Part shown: piece by piece, positions 31,246 through 41,637 of the stretch | How positions within the stretch are numbered: position 1 is the stretch's first letter | Layout of the letters: every line of letters starts with the position of its first letter | Virus record (IMG/VR): IMGVR_UViG_3300035703_000005 | Span: 62,001 to 126,000 of that record | Length of the DNA stretch: 64,000 nt | Direction: 5' to 3' (one strand) | Position numbers and translations under genes: made by a program | Notes under the pieces: model-generated | Database searches by the model: none | The model's input: only the letters and a program-made list of their open reading frames with translations | Told to the model about the DNA's origin: nothing

Positions 31246-32036
31246 TAAGTCTCGTATAGGTAATCTTCTGCTACTGGCAGATTGTTTGCGCGTTCAAAGT
31301 TATCTTTAATCGCATCCATTTTAGAATAATATAAGTCTTCTGTCAATGTGGAAACATCAAAGTCGTCATCCAAGAATATGATTCCATCCTCGTTGAAATA
31401 CTCTGTTACTCCCCTACAACCGTAGAAGATGGGAATTGTTCCAGTAGCGAAACAATCCGTAAGTTTCTCTGTAAAGTATGTATCATAGACGGCATTCTCC
31501 ACGGCAATAGAAAACATATAATCTTTCAAACCTTCTTCTTTTCTAGGAAGATCACGAAACCCACGACCATAAAGATGAACTTGATCCTTAAACTTATCAA
31601 CAAACTCAAGTCTCTTTCTATGTCCAGGGACCATAGATTTATTAGAAGAAATCATAGAAACAAGTTGAGTTTTTTCATAGATTTCTCTTTCCTCAATCCA
31701 TGGTGCAGCATTAGTCAGAGAATAAATGAACTTTGGGTATTTTTCACAAAGTTCACGATCACAACTAAAAATACCATCCACTCTAGAAGAAACAAATTCA
31801 TAATTTTCCAGAATCCAATCATAAACATTTTGAATAATTTGTTTTGATTCTAGGAGCCAAATGTACTTAGGAGTTGATGAAACATCTTGAAGTACAGCTA
31901 AAGACTTTTGATTCACATAAAGACTTACAGAACCCGATCTATCATAAACCCATTCAGTAAACTTAGAAGTATTTTTATCTGAGGTTGAAGGGAGAAGAGA
32001 ATCGTTACAGTATAGATTAATTTTGAACTCTCTCAT
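31236..32036 (-). CDS. glycosyltransferase family 10-like
   Basis: YMFSIAVEN..YFTEKLTDCFATGTIPIFYG. Confidence 0.85.
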   Translation of the reverse strand: MREFKINLYCNDSLLPSTSDKNTSKFTEWVYDRSGSVSLYVNQKSLAVLQDVSSTPKYIWLLESKQIIQNVYDWILENYEFVSSRVDGIFSCDRELCEKYPKFIYSLTNAAPWIEEREIYEKTQLVSMISSNKSMVPGHRKRLEFVDKFKDQVHLYGRGFRDLPRKEEGLKDYMFSIAVENAVYDTYFTEKLTDCFATGTIPIFYGCRGVTEYFNEDGIIFLDDDFDVSTLTEDLYYSKMDAIKDNFERANNLPVAEDYLYETYWK

Positions 32037-32874
32037 TCTTCATAGCCTCAAATACTTTAGCAATACCTTGGTCAATGTTTGTTTTAGGAATCCACCATTT
32101 GGTCAAATATGTGTCCGGTTTATTTCTTTTATCAAGTTGAACACTATCCTTTTCTGAAGATGGTTGCAATTTAACATTATACATACCCATCAAATTGAAT
32201 TGCCCCATAATTATGTTTGCAACATCAATGATTTTTGTAGAGTGGAAACTGGTGATGTGAAGATTGTCTTCTGAAGTAAAGTCAGTGTAATTTTCCATGA
32301 TCGTTTCAAGTGCATCGCAGCAGTCTTCTGCGTATAGAAACTCTCTCTCTTCTTGACCATCAGTAAGCATGTCAATAACACCAGTTTCAAAACCCTTGCG
32401 GATAAAATCTGTAATTGCATGGGATTTTTCGTGATCTTTTTCGATTCCATAAACATTCCAGAACTTAACAATAAGACCATTCAATGATTTTGTATAAAGT
32501 TCACCAACATTTTTAAGAACTCCATAAGGAGAATAACTCATGTTACTCATCTGAGATGACGCAAAGATGAACCTCTTGTTATACTTTTGAAGATATCCAA
32601 AAGCATTTGCCATCAGACGAGTATTGTTATTAATAAACTGGAAAGTATGTTGATACTTTTTGAGATAACGAGAACCACCAACATCAAATGCAAGGAAGAA
32701 TACAAAATCGGAATCTTGTATTGTCATTTCCAATGTTGAATTGGGAATTCTGGTCATATCTTGTTCAGGACCATTAACAACATCAATCTCATGAACAATG
32801 TGACCTTTATTACGAAGATATTCTGTTAAGTAGGCACCGATCTGCCCACTGGAACCTAGTACTGTAATTTTCAT
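32017..32874 (-). CDS. NAD-dependent nucleotide-sugar epimerase/dehydratase
   Basis: GSSGQIG, YGVLK, NVYG. Confidence 0.85.
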   Translation of the reverse strand: MKITVLGSSGQIGAYLTEYLRNKGHIVHEIDVVNGPEQDMTRIPNSTLEMTIQDSDFVFFLAFDVGGSRYLKKYQHTFQFINNNTRLMANAFGYLQKYNKRFIFASSQMSNMSYSPYGVLKNVGELYTKSLNGLIVKFWNVYGIEKDHEKSHAITDFIRKGFETGVIDMLTDGQEEREFLYAEDCCDALETIMENYTDFTSEDNLHITSFHSTKIIDVANIIMGQFNLMGMYNVKLQPSSEKDSVQLDKRNKPDTYLTKWWIPKTNIDQGIAKVFEAMKNERVQN

Positions 32875-33443
32875 CAGACAATAGTAATTTCGTGTGCATT
32901 TCCAAAGTTGACGATACCAGTTCCACTCATATGAGCAATATCAGTAACATCAAACTTTTCTTCAGGAATTTCATCCCACATTAGTTGAATATCAGGCCAA
33001 TCTGGACCAATATCATCATGGATCATGATACCCTTCCAACCTTTTTCCCTCAACCAATCCATCATGACACGTTCTTGAGAACCATCATGAGGATCAACAT
33101 CAATCATAACGATTGAAACATTATCCCAATCAATCTCTTCATCTTCCATGAAGTCTTGGATTTTCCAAGTAATATTATCTTTTTGAATAGAACTTGCACC
33201 TTGTTCTACCAAATCATAACTGATGACTTGGTTATTTGGATTATAAGAAAGTGCAAGAGCGGACCCACCAGTACGAGTACCAATATCCAAAATAGTAGTT
33301 TTATTGAAAAACGTAGAAAGATAAGCATAAAGTCTATACTCACTTTGTCCAGCAGGAAGCCAGTCATTGTCATTAAGAGAAATATCCCTTAAATGACCAA
33401 CATCCAAATTTTTTACATGATCCTTAATAATTTCAATTTTCAT
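32874..33443 (-). CDS. class I SAM-dependent methyltransferase; start approximate
   Basis: ILDIGTRTGGS, IDVDPH, HDD, GTG. Confidence 0.75.
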   Translation of the reverse strand: MKIEIIKDHVKNLDVGHLRDISLNDNDWLPAGQSEYRLYAYLSTFFNKTTILDIGTRTGGSALALSYNPNNQVISYDLVEQGASSIQKDNITWKIQDFMEDEEIDWDNVSIVMIDVDPHDGSQERVMMDWLREKGWKGIMIHDDIGPDWPDIQLMWDEIPEEKFDVTDIAHMSGTGIVNFGNAHEITIV

Positions 33444-34494
33444 TATTCTTCTTAGCAATTTGTTCAGAAATCCATGCGTATGTCTTACGAATACCCTCTT
33501 CAAGTGTTTGAGAATAATCCCAACCGAGTTCTCTGCGGACTACATCATTATTAGAGTTGCGTCCACGAACACCAAGAGGAGCGTCTAATTTATGTTGTTT
33601 AGTAACAGTCTTACCAGAAACTTTTGCAGCAGTTTCAACAAGTTGGTTAATGGTAACCATTTCTTCAGATCCAATATTCACAGGACCAATGAAATTAGAA
33701 TCCATCATACGACGAGTTGCTTCAATGCACTCATCAATGTAAAGGAATGAACGAGTTTGTTTTCCGTCACCCCAAACTTCAATAGTACCACCTTGTTCTG
33801 GAAGATAAGCTACTTTACGACAGATTGCTGCGGGAGCTTTTTCACGACCACCTTCCCAGGTTCCTTCGGGGCCAAAGATATTATGATAACGAGATACACG
33901 CACAGGTATGCCGTAATTCCTATGATATGCGAAGTATAGTCTTTCAGAAAAAAGTTTTTCCCAACCATATTCCGAATCTGGGTTGGCAGGGTAAGCAGAT
34001 TCTTCACGGCAATCAGGATTATCGGGATCTAGTTGATTATGTTCTGGATACATGCAAGCAGATCCAGAATAGAAAATTCTAGTTTTATTTACTCCTTTGG
34101 ACTCATTAAGTTGTCTCTGAGCCTCAAGAACATTTAAGTTAATGGTTACGGAATTGTGCATGATATCTGCATCATTCTCACCAGTGAAAACAAATCCTGC
34201 ACCACCCATATCAGCGGCGAATTGATAAATCTCATCAAATGTATCAATATATTGATATGGTACAGAATTATAAAAATTTGCGTATGGTCCTTTGTATTGA
34301 AGGACTCTTTCTACGAAATGAAGATCTCTCAAATCTCCTTGAATGAATTCATGAGCTTCTGTGGGAGAAAATTCAGGTCTTTTAAGATCTACACCACGAA
34401 CCCAATATCCTTCAGATCGCAGTCTCTTTACCATATGACTTCCGATAAAGCCACCTGCACCGAGAACAAGTGCAGTCTTAACGTATTGACTCAT
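33433..34494 (-). CDS. GDP-mannose 3',5'-epimerase-like SDR
   Basis: GAGGFIGSH, AADMGG, SACMYP, YGWEK, GGREKAPAAICRK, GVRGRNS. Confidence 0.88.
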   Translation of the reverse strand: MSQYVKTALVLGAGGFIGSHMVKRLRSEGYWVRGVDLKRPEFSPTEAHEFIQGDLRDLHFVERVLQYKGPYANFYNSVPYQYIDTFDEIYQFAADMGGAGFVFTGENDADIMHNSVTINLNVLEAQRQLNESKGVNKTRIFYSGSACMYPEHNQLDPDNPDCREESAYPANPDSEYGWEKLFSERLYFAYHRNYGIPVRVSRYHNIFGPEGTWEGGREKAPAAICRKVAYLPEQGGTIEVWGDGKQTRSFLYIDECIEATRRMMDSNFIGPVNIGSEEMVTINQLVETAAKVSGKTVTKQHKLDAPLGVRGRNSNNDVVRRELGWDYSQTLEEGIRKTYAWISEQIAKKNNEN

Positions 34495-34536
34495 ATTTTG
34501 ATCAAAAATAATAATCTCAATAGTATATATTATACT

Positions 34537-34567
34537 AAAAAAGGTGGGTTTATGCAACCCACCTTTG
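34537..34567 (-). terminator. intrinsic terminator after the wcaG-like RNA
   Basis: AAAGGTGGGTT-loop-AACCCACCTTT followed by a T run. Confidence 0.75.
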
Positions 34568-34571
34568 GTAA

Positions 34572-34645
34572 CTCAGGCTCGCCACTTGTTTTGAGTACGA
34601 GAAAACAAGAAACTCGGCGGGGTTTCCCCATCCACACCAGTCGGC
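34572..34645 (-). ncRNA. wcaG RNA motif-like element
   Basis: Two UGGYG motifs (CUGGUGUGG; GUGGCGAG), GGGG-AAA-CCCC and CUUGUUUU/AAAACAAG stems, upstream of a sugar epimerase. Confidence 0.65.
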
Positions 34646-34696
34646 ATATTTAATGTCCAATCCGACGAGGACAAAATGGGTCATTGACTCCACCAC

Positions 34697-34930
34697 CTAG
34701 TTTGTCTTAACTAGGAAAAGATGGGTTAACTTTGATATTTCGGTGATACCAAAGAATGCACATAAGAATAGTACATCCCAAAGTTTAAGTTTGATAGCAA
34801 AAGGAACTGTAAGAAGACCTCCAATAACTTTAATCATCAAACCGTGTTTAAAATCTCCCCATAACATAGTTTGATAACCAATTACGAGAAGAAGATTCCC
34901 AAGATATCTTAGGATACTTGTCTTTGACAT
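34697..34930 (-). CDS. small membrane protein
   Basis: Three hydrophobic segments. Confidence 0.6.
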   Translation of the reverse strand: MSKTSILRYLGNLLLVIGYQTMLWGDFKHGLMIKVIGGLLTVPFAIKLKLWDVLFLCAFFGITEISKLTHLFLVKTN

Positions 34931-34957
34931 AAGGGGTTTGCTCCCGACCAGTTTTTT

Positions 34958-35452
34958 TTACGACTCTCCATGTCGCTCTAACTTTTTTCTTTTCCAATAT
35001 TCTTTTTTTGCGAGAGATAATTTTAACCTTGTTTCGGAAGAAAAACTTTGGGGGTTTTTCTTTTTTGTTTCTTTTATTTTATTTTTGTGTTCTTCAGTTA
35101 GAGGTTTTCCATAAAATGGATGATTTTTTCCACTTACAGATTCTGATATTTTTCTTTTAGATTCTTCCGAATGTTTTTTACCAGTCCATGAAGGTGGGTT
35201 ATTATATTTTCCACCATCATTTATATTTTCTAATAATCCACCTTCAGATTTTTTTCCAAATAAAAATATCATATATTTTTCATGAATAAATGCTTCTTCT
35301 TCTGTTAAGTTATCTTTAAGAATAAGAATTCTGTCTTTCGGAGGGACAGAAACATTATCATGAACATGGTATGCTCTACGCCCAGTTCCTTTTCCTACGT
35401 AATAGGGAACGTTATTTTTATCAAAATAACAATAAGTATAAAACTTGGACAT
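34958..35452 (-). mobile_element. free-standing GIY-YIG/NUMOD3 homing endonuclease-like gene
   Basis: FYTY..PYYVGKG..RR..H; HSEESKRKIS, HPFYGK; late promoter at 35476-35483. Confidence 0.8.
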
Positions 35453-35497
35453 AACTACCTTACTTAATCTATTAATATTTATAATAGACCAGTGCTG

Positions 35498-35758
35498 TTA
35501 TAGACCATCCGTGTCTTCATCATCTCTAACATAACATGGCACACGATCTGGATCTAACCATTTCGCATACTCAATATCTTCCATTGCAGTAGAACATTGT
35601 AGAACATTATCAAAAAGATAAATGTCATTCCAGCGTTTGGTATAAGGATCTTTTTTCTGCATTCTATAATCAGGCATACCATTAAGTTCAATGATACCCT
35701 TTTGAACAAACCTGTATCCTTCTCGTTCGAGAAGAACTTTAGGAAGTGTTTCAATCAC
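35498..35758 (-). CDS. hypothetical phage protein
   Basis: NGMPDYRMQ...WLDPDRVPCY. Confidence 0.6.
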   Translation of the reverse strand: MIETLPKVLLEREGYRFVQKGIIELNGMPDYRMQKKDPYTKRWNDIYLFDNVLQCSTAMEDIEYAKWLDPDRVPCYVRDDEDTDGL

Positions 35759-35976
35759 GATACAAGAGCTCCTTCGGATTCAAGATCACTATAGATATAT
35801 TCCATAAGAATCTCGTAGTCATCCAAAGGATCTCCAGAAAAAATTACACCATTAGATTCATAAAACCTACGAACTTTTTTATAAAGTTTCGGATTCTTTA
35901 CATCAAGATAAGACTCTCCGTTCGCGGCAGACTTCAGAGTTTGAATGTCTTTTTTGAATTTAGCAGTGAGTGACAT
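35755..35976 (-). CDS. hypothetical phage protein
   Basis: LDVKNPKLYKKV...FSGDPLDDY. Confidence 0.6.
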   Translation of the reverse strand: MSLTAKFKKDIQTLKSAANGESYLDVKNPKLYKKVRRFYESNGVIFSGDPLDDYEILMEYIYSDLESEGALVS

Positions 35977-36053
35977 TTGTTTGAATTTGTTTACCTTGTT
36001 ATTATAGGGGTTAGACTTGAAAAAGTCAAGAAGGACAGTTGTTGAAGTGTCCA

Positions 36054-36126
36054 TGCTCGATGAGAGGATCGAACTCTCCTGGGACCGATTATGAGTCGGG
36101 TGCTTTCACCAGATAGCTAATCGAGC
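36054..36126 (-). tRNA. tRNA with CAT anticodon (probably Ile2)
   Basis: Cloverleaf; CCGA-CTCATAA-TCGG arm. Confidence 0.85.
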
Positions 36127-36127
36127 T

Positions 36128-37240
36128 TTATTCAAATGTCCATTGTGGATGCGATGATGAAGACCAATACCAATATTTTTTGTGTTTTATCCAAGGAAGT
36201 GGGTGACTATAATCACAAATTGGTTCATATAAATTATTAATACCCATTGCATCTGATGTCTGTTTATTTTGATATCCCCTTAGAATATTAATTCTTTTGG
36301 AGTATGTAGATTGGTATGTGCCATAAAATAATTCAGAATTTACACATATTAACTGTTCAATGATTGATTTATCCAATCCCTGATAACAATCATAAAAATC
36401 ACTAAAAAAATAAATGTTTTTATGAGTTCCCAATTTATCAAAAAATTTTAAATCTTTTTCATCAGTAGATATGTATAGAGGTTTATTTTCTTTAAAAAGA
36501 TATTTTATCGAAAATAGTAATTTTTCTGGTGTAGATACTGATGAAATATCTTCAGATTTGAGGTCTAAGAAATCAGTTCTACGAATATGAACAGAATCAT
36601 ATGGGCCCAAAATATCGTATACTTTTTTAGATATATCTAAAAATTTAGAGTCATATAAGAGACAAGAATTTATTTTTTGTTTTAGTTGATTTCGTTTAAA
36701 AGAATTACCGGGATAAATTGAATACCAATATTGTGCAAAAAGATTAGCTTCAAAATGCAAAAATTTTTCATCAAAATTTAAATTTATAATTTCAGTTCTT
36801 TTACCACAAAATTTAGAAAAATCTAAATCACTTTCAATTTGTCCACAAAATAAAACAATTTGAGTATCCGCAAGTCTACAATTTTCAGCAAATGTAATTT
36901 TTTTTAAATCATTAATACAATTTTCTATATTTCCAGTATATGAATATATGCATTCTGAAGTTTCTTTTTTTTCTATCTTAGAAAAAAGTTCTGAAAATTC
37001 AGGAACATCATAAAAATCAATACAATTAAAATTAGAATAAATGGATTCTTTGTTTAAGAATTTCAATATGTCAACAAAATGTTCTTTTCCAAATCCTTCT
37101 GATACATCAAAACACCAAAAATTTGGAGGAATAATTAAGGTTCTTCCTGTTATTTCACTCAAGGCCAAAGCGACCTCTAAACTCATTAATATATTAATTA
37201 GTCCTGCTTGGTGAGTTGAAAATGATATATATTTACTCAT
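36128..37240 (-). CDS. O-fucosyltransferase-like protein
   Basis: AGLIN, VHIRRTDF, YISTDE, EQLIC, GTYQSTYS. Confidence 0.75.
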   Translation of the reverse strand: MSKYISFSTHQAGLINILMSLEVALALSEITGRTLIIPPNFWCFDVSEGFGKEHFVDILKFLNKESIYSNFNCIDFYDVPEFSELFSKIEKKETSECIYSYTGNIENCINDLKKITFAENCRLADTQIVLFCGQIESDLDFSKFCGKRTEIINLNFDEKFLHFEANLFAQYWYSIYPGNSFKRNQLKQKINSCLLYDSKFLDISKKVYDILGPYDSVHIRRTDFLDLKSEDISSVSTPEKLLFSIKYLFKENKPLYISTDEKDLKFFDKLGTHKNIYFFSDFYDCYQGLDKSIIEQLICVNSELFYGTYQSTYSKRINILRGYQNKQTSDAMGINNLYEPICDYSHPLPWIKHKKYWYWSSSSHPQWTFE

Positions 37241-37248
37241 TTAAAAAA

Positions 37249-37419
37249 TTATGGTGCTTCATTATTCAAATCAGTATACATGCATATAAGTTCATCGTCT
37301 ACAGGGATCATTACATAAGTATTTTTTCCGTTAGTTATACCTATATGTTCTCCGTTTTCCACTCTTCCAATCATTTCATCCCAACGTTCTTGAAATTGTT
37401 CCACCGTGTAGATTTCCAT
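37249..37419 (-). CDS. Phd/YefM-like small protein
   Basis: TVEQFQERWDEMIGRVENGEHIGIT..V. Confidence 0.5.
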   Translation of the reverse strand: MEIYTVEQFQERWDEMIGRVENGEHIGITNGKNTYVMIPVDDELICMYTDLNNEAP

Positions 37420-37438
37420 AGTTGTTGTATTTATTAAG

Positions 37439-37512
37439 TCGGAACGATAGGACTTGAACCTACGACTTCCAGCTCCCAAAGCAGGCGCTCTACCAAACTG
37501 AGCTACGTTCCG
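37439..37512 (-). tRNA. tRNA-Pro(TGG)
   Basis: Cloverleaf. Confidence 0.93.
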
Positions 37513-37841
37513 TTTTTCTTTTCATCTTTGGTTGAATGTACATACATTATACCCAATGTAGGAACGACTGTCAACCCCATACCAATGATAAAAATTGATA
37601 TGGGATTATTTAGTACAAATTCCACAAACTTAAATACCAAATTAGTATGTGGTTCCATTCCTTTTATGCAAATATTCCTGGAATATAATTAATTCTTTTA
37701 CTAATTTCATCAAGAATAACACCATATTCTTTGAATCTTCTATCACCTGCGATGAAACGTCGTTGTCTCATCCAAACAGCATCTGCTAAAAGTTTTAGTT
37801 CGTAATCCGAAAAATCTTTGAACCTTTCCATTGAGTAGCTC

Positions 37842-38876
37842 CTATCTAACGTGATGTCCACCGAACATGTATCGCATACCATTTAAAATTTTGGCTGCGA
37901 AAGTGCCCAGATTGCGTGAATTAAATCTTTCATAAAGCGCAGTGGTGATGACAGGAGCGGGAACCCCCAGGTCCACAGCGGCAGTAACTGTCCAGCGACC
38001 CTCACCGCTGTCGGATACACCTCCAGAGAATTGTTTAAGCTCAGTATTGCCGCGTAACACATCAGCAGTAAGATCCAATAACCAAGAACCAACAACGCTA
38101 CCACGACGCCATAACTCAGCCACCTCAGCAACGTCAATATCATAACAGTAACTTTCTGGGTCTGCCATTGGGGCAACCTCTGCATCCCCTTCCCTAACAT
38201 ACTTGGCACCTGCATTGGCATTTTTTAGGATATTGAATCCTTCTGCATATGCTTGCATTATACCATACTCAATTCCATTATGAACCATCTTTACGAAATG
38301 TCCTGCACCAGGTCCGCCACAATGCAACCAGCCATACTCTGCAGAAGTTATGTCTGAGTCAAATTGAGTCCTGGGGGCAGCGTCGATTCCTGGAGAGAGG
38401 GCATTAAAAATACGCGAACAAGTGGCGACTGCAGTATCTCCGCCACCAACCATAAGACAGTATCCACGATCCAAACCATAAACACCGCCGCTAGTGCCGC
38501 AATCAATATATTGGATACCCATCTTTGCCAAACGTTCTGATCTTTTCCTACTGTCTTTAAAATTGCTATTGCCATGATCAATAATAATATCTCCTTCACC
38601 ACAAAATCGTAGTAACTCATTGATAGTCTCCTCTACTGTTTCTGCAGGTACAACCATTTGGAAAATTCCTGGTTGTGTTCCTCCTTTATTATTCTGTTTA
38701 ACTACTTTAACAAGATTTTCAATAGTAGTTGCAACTCCATTAATATATCCCTTTTCATAAGCTTCTTGAGCCTTTTCATAATTTCTCCTATAACCCCAAA
38801 CTTCTATTCCTGATTTCATCATACGACGGGACATTCCTTCTCCCATCCTTCCAAGTCCAATTAATCCTACTTTCAT
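37842..38876 (-). CDS. gnd: 6-phosphogluconate dehydrogenase (short type)
   Basis: GLGRMG, GTSGG, GHFVKMVHNGIEY, DSGEGRW, FGGH. Confidence 0.96.
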   Translation of the reverse strand: MKVGLIGLGRMGEGMSRRMMKSGIEVWGYRRNYEKAQEAYEKGYINGVATTIENLVKVVKQNNKGGTQPGIFQMVVPAETVEETINELLRFCGEGDIIIDHGNSNFKDSRKRSERLAKMGIQYIDCGTSGGVYGLDRGYCLMVGGGDTAVATCSRIFNALSPGIDAAPRTQFDSDITSAEYGWLHCGGPGAGHFVKMVHNGIEYGIMQAYAEGFNILKNANAGAKYVREGDAEVAPMADPESYCYDIDVAEVAELWRRGSVVGSWLLDLTADVLRGNTELKQFSGGVSDSGEGRWTVTAAVDLGVPAPVITTALYERFNSRNLGTFAAKILNGMRYMFGGHHVR

Positions 38877-39079
38877 TCAACCCTCCCAAGATTCGTATTG
38901 TTCTCTAAAATATCTATCAACTTTATTTAAATCATCAAGATGAATATCACACATATAATTATGATCGTCACACCACTGTAAGGCAAATGCGTGAAATCTC
39001 TCTTGTTTTTTTATTGTAGGAACACCATAAGTTCTAGCAAAAGAAGACATTATGAAATGCCAACACATATTTTCTGGTT

Positions 39080-39739
39080 TCATTTTTGATCTTTCATAAC
39101 TTGTTCCCAGTCCTTCTGGAATAACTCAAGACCCTTATCAGTCATAATGTTCTTATACATTGACCAAAATACAATGGGAGGAATTGTAACTACATCTGCA
39201 CCACAAAGAGCAGACTGTTCTACCTGTCTTACATCACGAAGAGATGCTGCAAGAATTTGTGTAGATGTTCCCGAATAATCAAATGCTTTACGAATGTTCT
39301 TAATGAGTTCGATTCCATCAATCGAATTATCCATCCAACGACCAACAAAAGGTGAAATGAATGTTGCTCCTGATTTAGATGCAAGAATTGCCTGAGCGAC
39401 TGAGAATACAAGAGTTACATTGACTTGAATTCCTTTATCAGTCAAAAATTTACAAGCCTTAAGTCCTTCTACTGTACAAGGAACTTTAATTGTAACTGCT
39501 GGTGCAATTGTATAAAATTGTTGTGCTTGTGAAAGCATTTCTTCTGCAGTATCGGCAACAACTTCTGCAGAAATACTTTCTAGTTTTGAAAAAGACTTTG
39601 ATATTTCTTCGATAACTTCATGAAGTTGTCTACCACTTTTAAGAATTAAAGTGGGATTTGTAGTAACTCCATCCAATAGTCCAGTCTCGTATGCTGGACT
39701 AATCATTGAAACATCTGCGGTATCTAAAAAAATCTTCAT
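39080..39739 (-). CDS. talC: transaldolase (TalC/Fsa type)
   Basis: FLDTA, GVTTNPT, IKVP, SPFVGR. Confidence 0.95.
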   Translation of the reverse strand: MKIFLDTADVSMISPAYETGLLDGVTTNPTLILKSGRQLHEVIEEISKSFSKLESISAEVVADTAEEMLSQAQQFYTIAPAVTIKVPCTVEGLKACKFLTDKGIQVNVTLVFSVAQAILASKSGATFISPFVGRWMDNSIDGIELIKNIRKAFDYSGTSTQILAASLRDVRQVEQSALCGADVVTIPPIVFWSMYKNIMTDKGLELFQKDWEQVMKDQK

Positions 39740-40671
39740 ATAGTACTCCTATTGTGGATAAGCGTTATTTAATCCCCAAGTTATAAAAAGCATGATTGAT
39801 CCAAATATACAAATTGTAGAGAAAGTTAGTCTGTGCATCTTACCCCCCACTACCGTTTCTGAAACCTATCATATATCCAATCAATAATCCACACATAAAT
39901 GACACAAACATGTAAAGGACATGAGACGTAAACTCAATAAATTCAATCCATTCTGTATTCTTCATCGTCCTCATAAGTAGATGGTTCTTCAAAAAGTTCA
40001 TCCATTTTTTGTTGTAGAACTCTTTGTTGCAGTTCTTCTAAATCCTCTTCTGTAAGAATTATCATTTGTCCTTAAGTAATTCCTCTATTCGTTTACGCAT
40101 GTTTGTACTTTCTTGTTTCATATAATCTCTGAGAGAATATCCTCTTTGACCTTTCATAATACAAGTTCCTTGATAGAACATTGTAACGGCAAATACCAAT
40201 AATAAAACTATACCAATTATTTCAGAGTAATGTTGAGCCATGGCAGTAAAGGTGGAATGATACCAATTAATCGGAGAAGTCCCTCAGCAAATAAAGCAAG
40301 AACCACCCAACCAACACACATAGAAATAATGGAAGCATTCCTATTGTGCCTTCGTATAGAAGCATCAATCATCTCCTGTACTTCAGAACGACTTACGGAT
40401 TCAGCATTATCAATATCCATTTTTATCATCTCCAAGATATTTCGATAAAGGATCTTTTTTGGTTTTGACAATCTCACACGCTCTTTTATAGAACATATTA
40501 TCCGTATTACCAGAGGCTTCAAAAGTAGCCTTGATCTTCACCCAATTACCGTAGGTGTGGTCGTCCATGAGGTTATTAACTTGTACATAATTATATAATA
40601 ATCACGGAAGCTATAACGTCAACCTTATGTGTTCATATCGTAACACTGATTAAGCAAATATTAAAATAAAA

Positions 40672-40756
40672 CGGAAAGGAGAGGATTCGAACCTCCGGAT
40701 GCTCTCACATCGACTGTTTTCAAGACAGTTGCCTTAAACCACTCGGCCACCTTTCC
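40672..40756 (-). tRNA. tRNA-Ser(TGA)
   Basis: Class II cloverleaf. Confidence 0.93.
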
Positions 40757-40759
40757 ATA

Positions 40760-40848
40760 CGGAGAATGTTGGATTCGAACCAACGGAGAAGCATAAACTC
40801 CTCAAGAACTTAGCAGGTTCCCGCCTTAAACCACTCGGCCAATTCTCC
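40760..40848 (-). tRNA. tRNA-Ser(GCT)
   Basis: Class II cloverleaf. Confidence 0.93.
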
Positions 40849-41099
40849 TATCGGATTTCGAAATCCAGTTTACGAACCTTACGAGCTCGTCTGGACTCCT
40901 GGAAAGCAAGTTCAGATGGACTGAACACACTATCCCTTTTGTTTTCTTTAATTGAGTTTAACATAACTACTTGATTTAAGTCAACAGCAGTGATAGTGTC
41001 TCCTTTTACAAGTGTCATATTATCACACCCACAGCATACCGATTTAGTTGGATGCGACTCCAACTCGGTGTTACACACTTTGCATCTTACTCTTAACAT
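40848..41099 (-). CDS. Zn-binding hypothetical protein
   Basis: CKVC...CGC. Confidence 0.6.
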   Translation of the reverse strand: MLRVRCKVCNTELESHPTKSVCCGCDNMTLVKGDTITAVDLNQVVMLNSIKENKRDSVFSPSELAFQESRRARKVRKLDFEIR

Positions 41100-41115
41100 T
41101 GTCTTATACCTTTAA

Positions 41116-41637
41116 TTAATCTTCAGTTGTTTCTTCTACTTGAATTTCAGATTCTTCTTGTTCTTCAATTTCTTGAACTTCTTCTTTTGCGAGTCCAGGA
41201 GAGGATTCAAGATACGATCTCAACATCCAAACAAATTTTCCATGAGACTCATTTAGATCATCTATAAGATTTGAAGTTGCTCTGGACTTCTGAGCATCAG
41301 CTTCCTCAGCAACTTCAGTAAATAGATCACACAAATCTTGATTTGATTTTAACAGATCTCTTACCATTTTATGGCAATCTGTTGTACTTTGTCCAGTTTT
41401 GACTTTGGAAACTTCTACAATTCTTTCTAAACTATTAAGTGGTTTTACATTTAGAAACCTCATGTGTTCAGAGATACGATCGATCTCCTCAAACATTGTT
41501 TCATACTGATCACCAAAAAGAGTATGAAGTTGTGGAAAATCTTCTCCAATTACATTCCAATGATACGCCCATGTCTTATGAAATAAGACAAATAGGGATG
41601 CTTGTGCATCACTTAGTAGTTTAAAAAGTGTTTCCAT
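41116..41637 (-). CDS. dps: Dps mini-ferritin with an acidic tail
   Basis: HWNV.G.DF..LH..F...Y...D..SE, K.VWML; late promoter at 41658-41665. Confidence 0.92.
   Translation of the reverse strand: METLFKLLSDAQASLFVLFHKTWAYHWNVIGEDFPQLHTLFGDQYETMFEEIDRISEHMRFLNVKPLNSLERIVEVSKVKTGQSTTDCHKMVRDLLKSNQDLCDLFTEVAEEADAQKSRATSNLIDDLNESHGKFVWMLRSYLESSPGLAKEEVQEIEEQEESEIQVEETTED

Noticed and set aside
37842-39739. zwf or cp12 near gnd and talC
   Set aside because: No matching ORF is visible; they may lie outside the window
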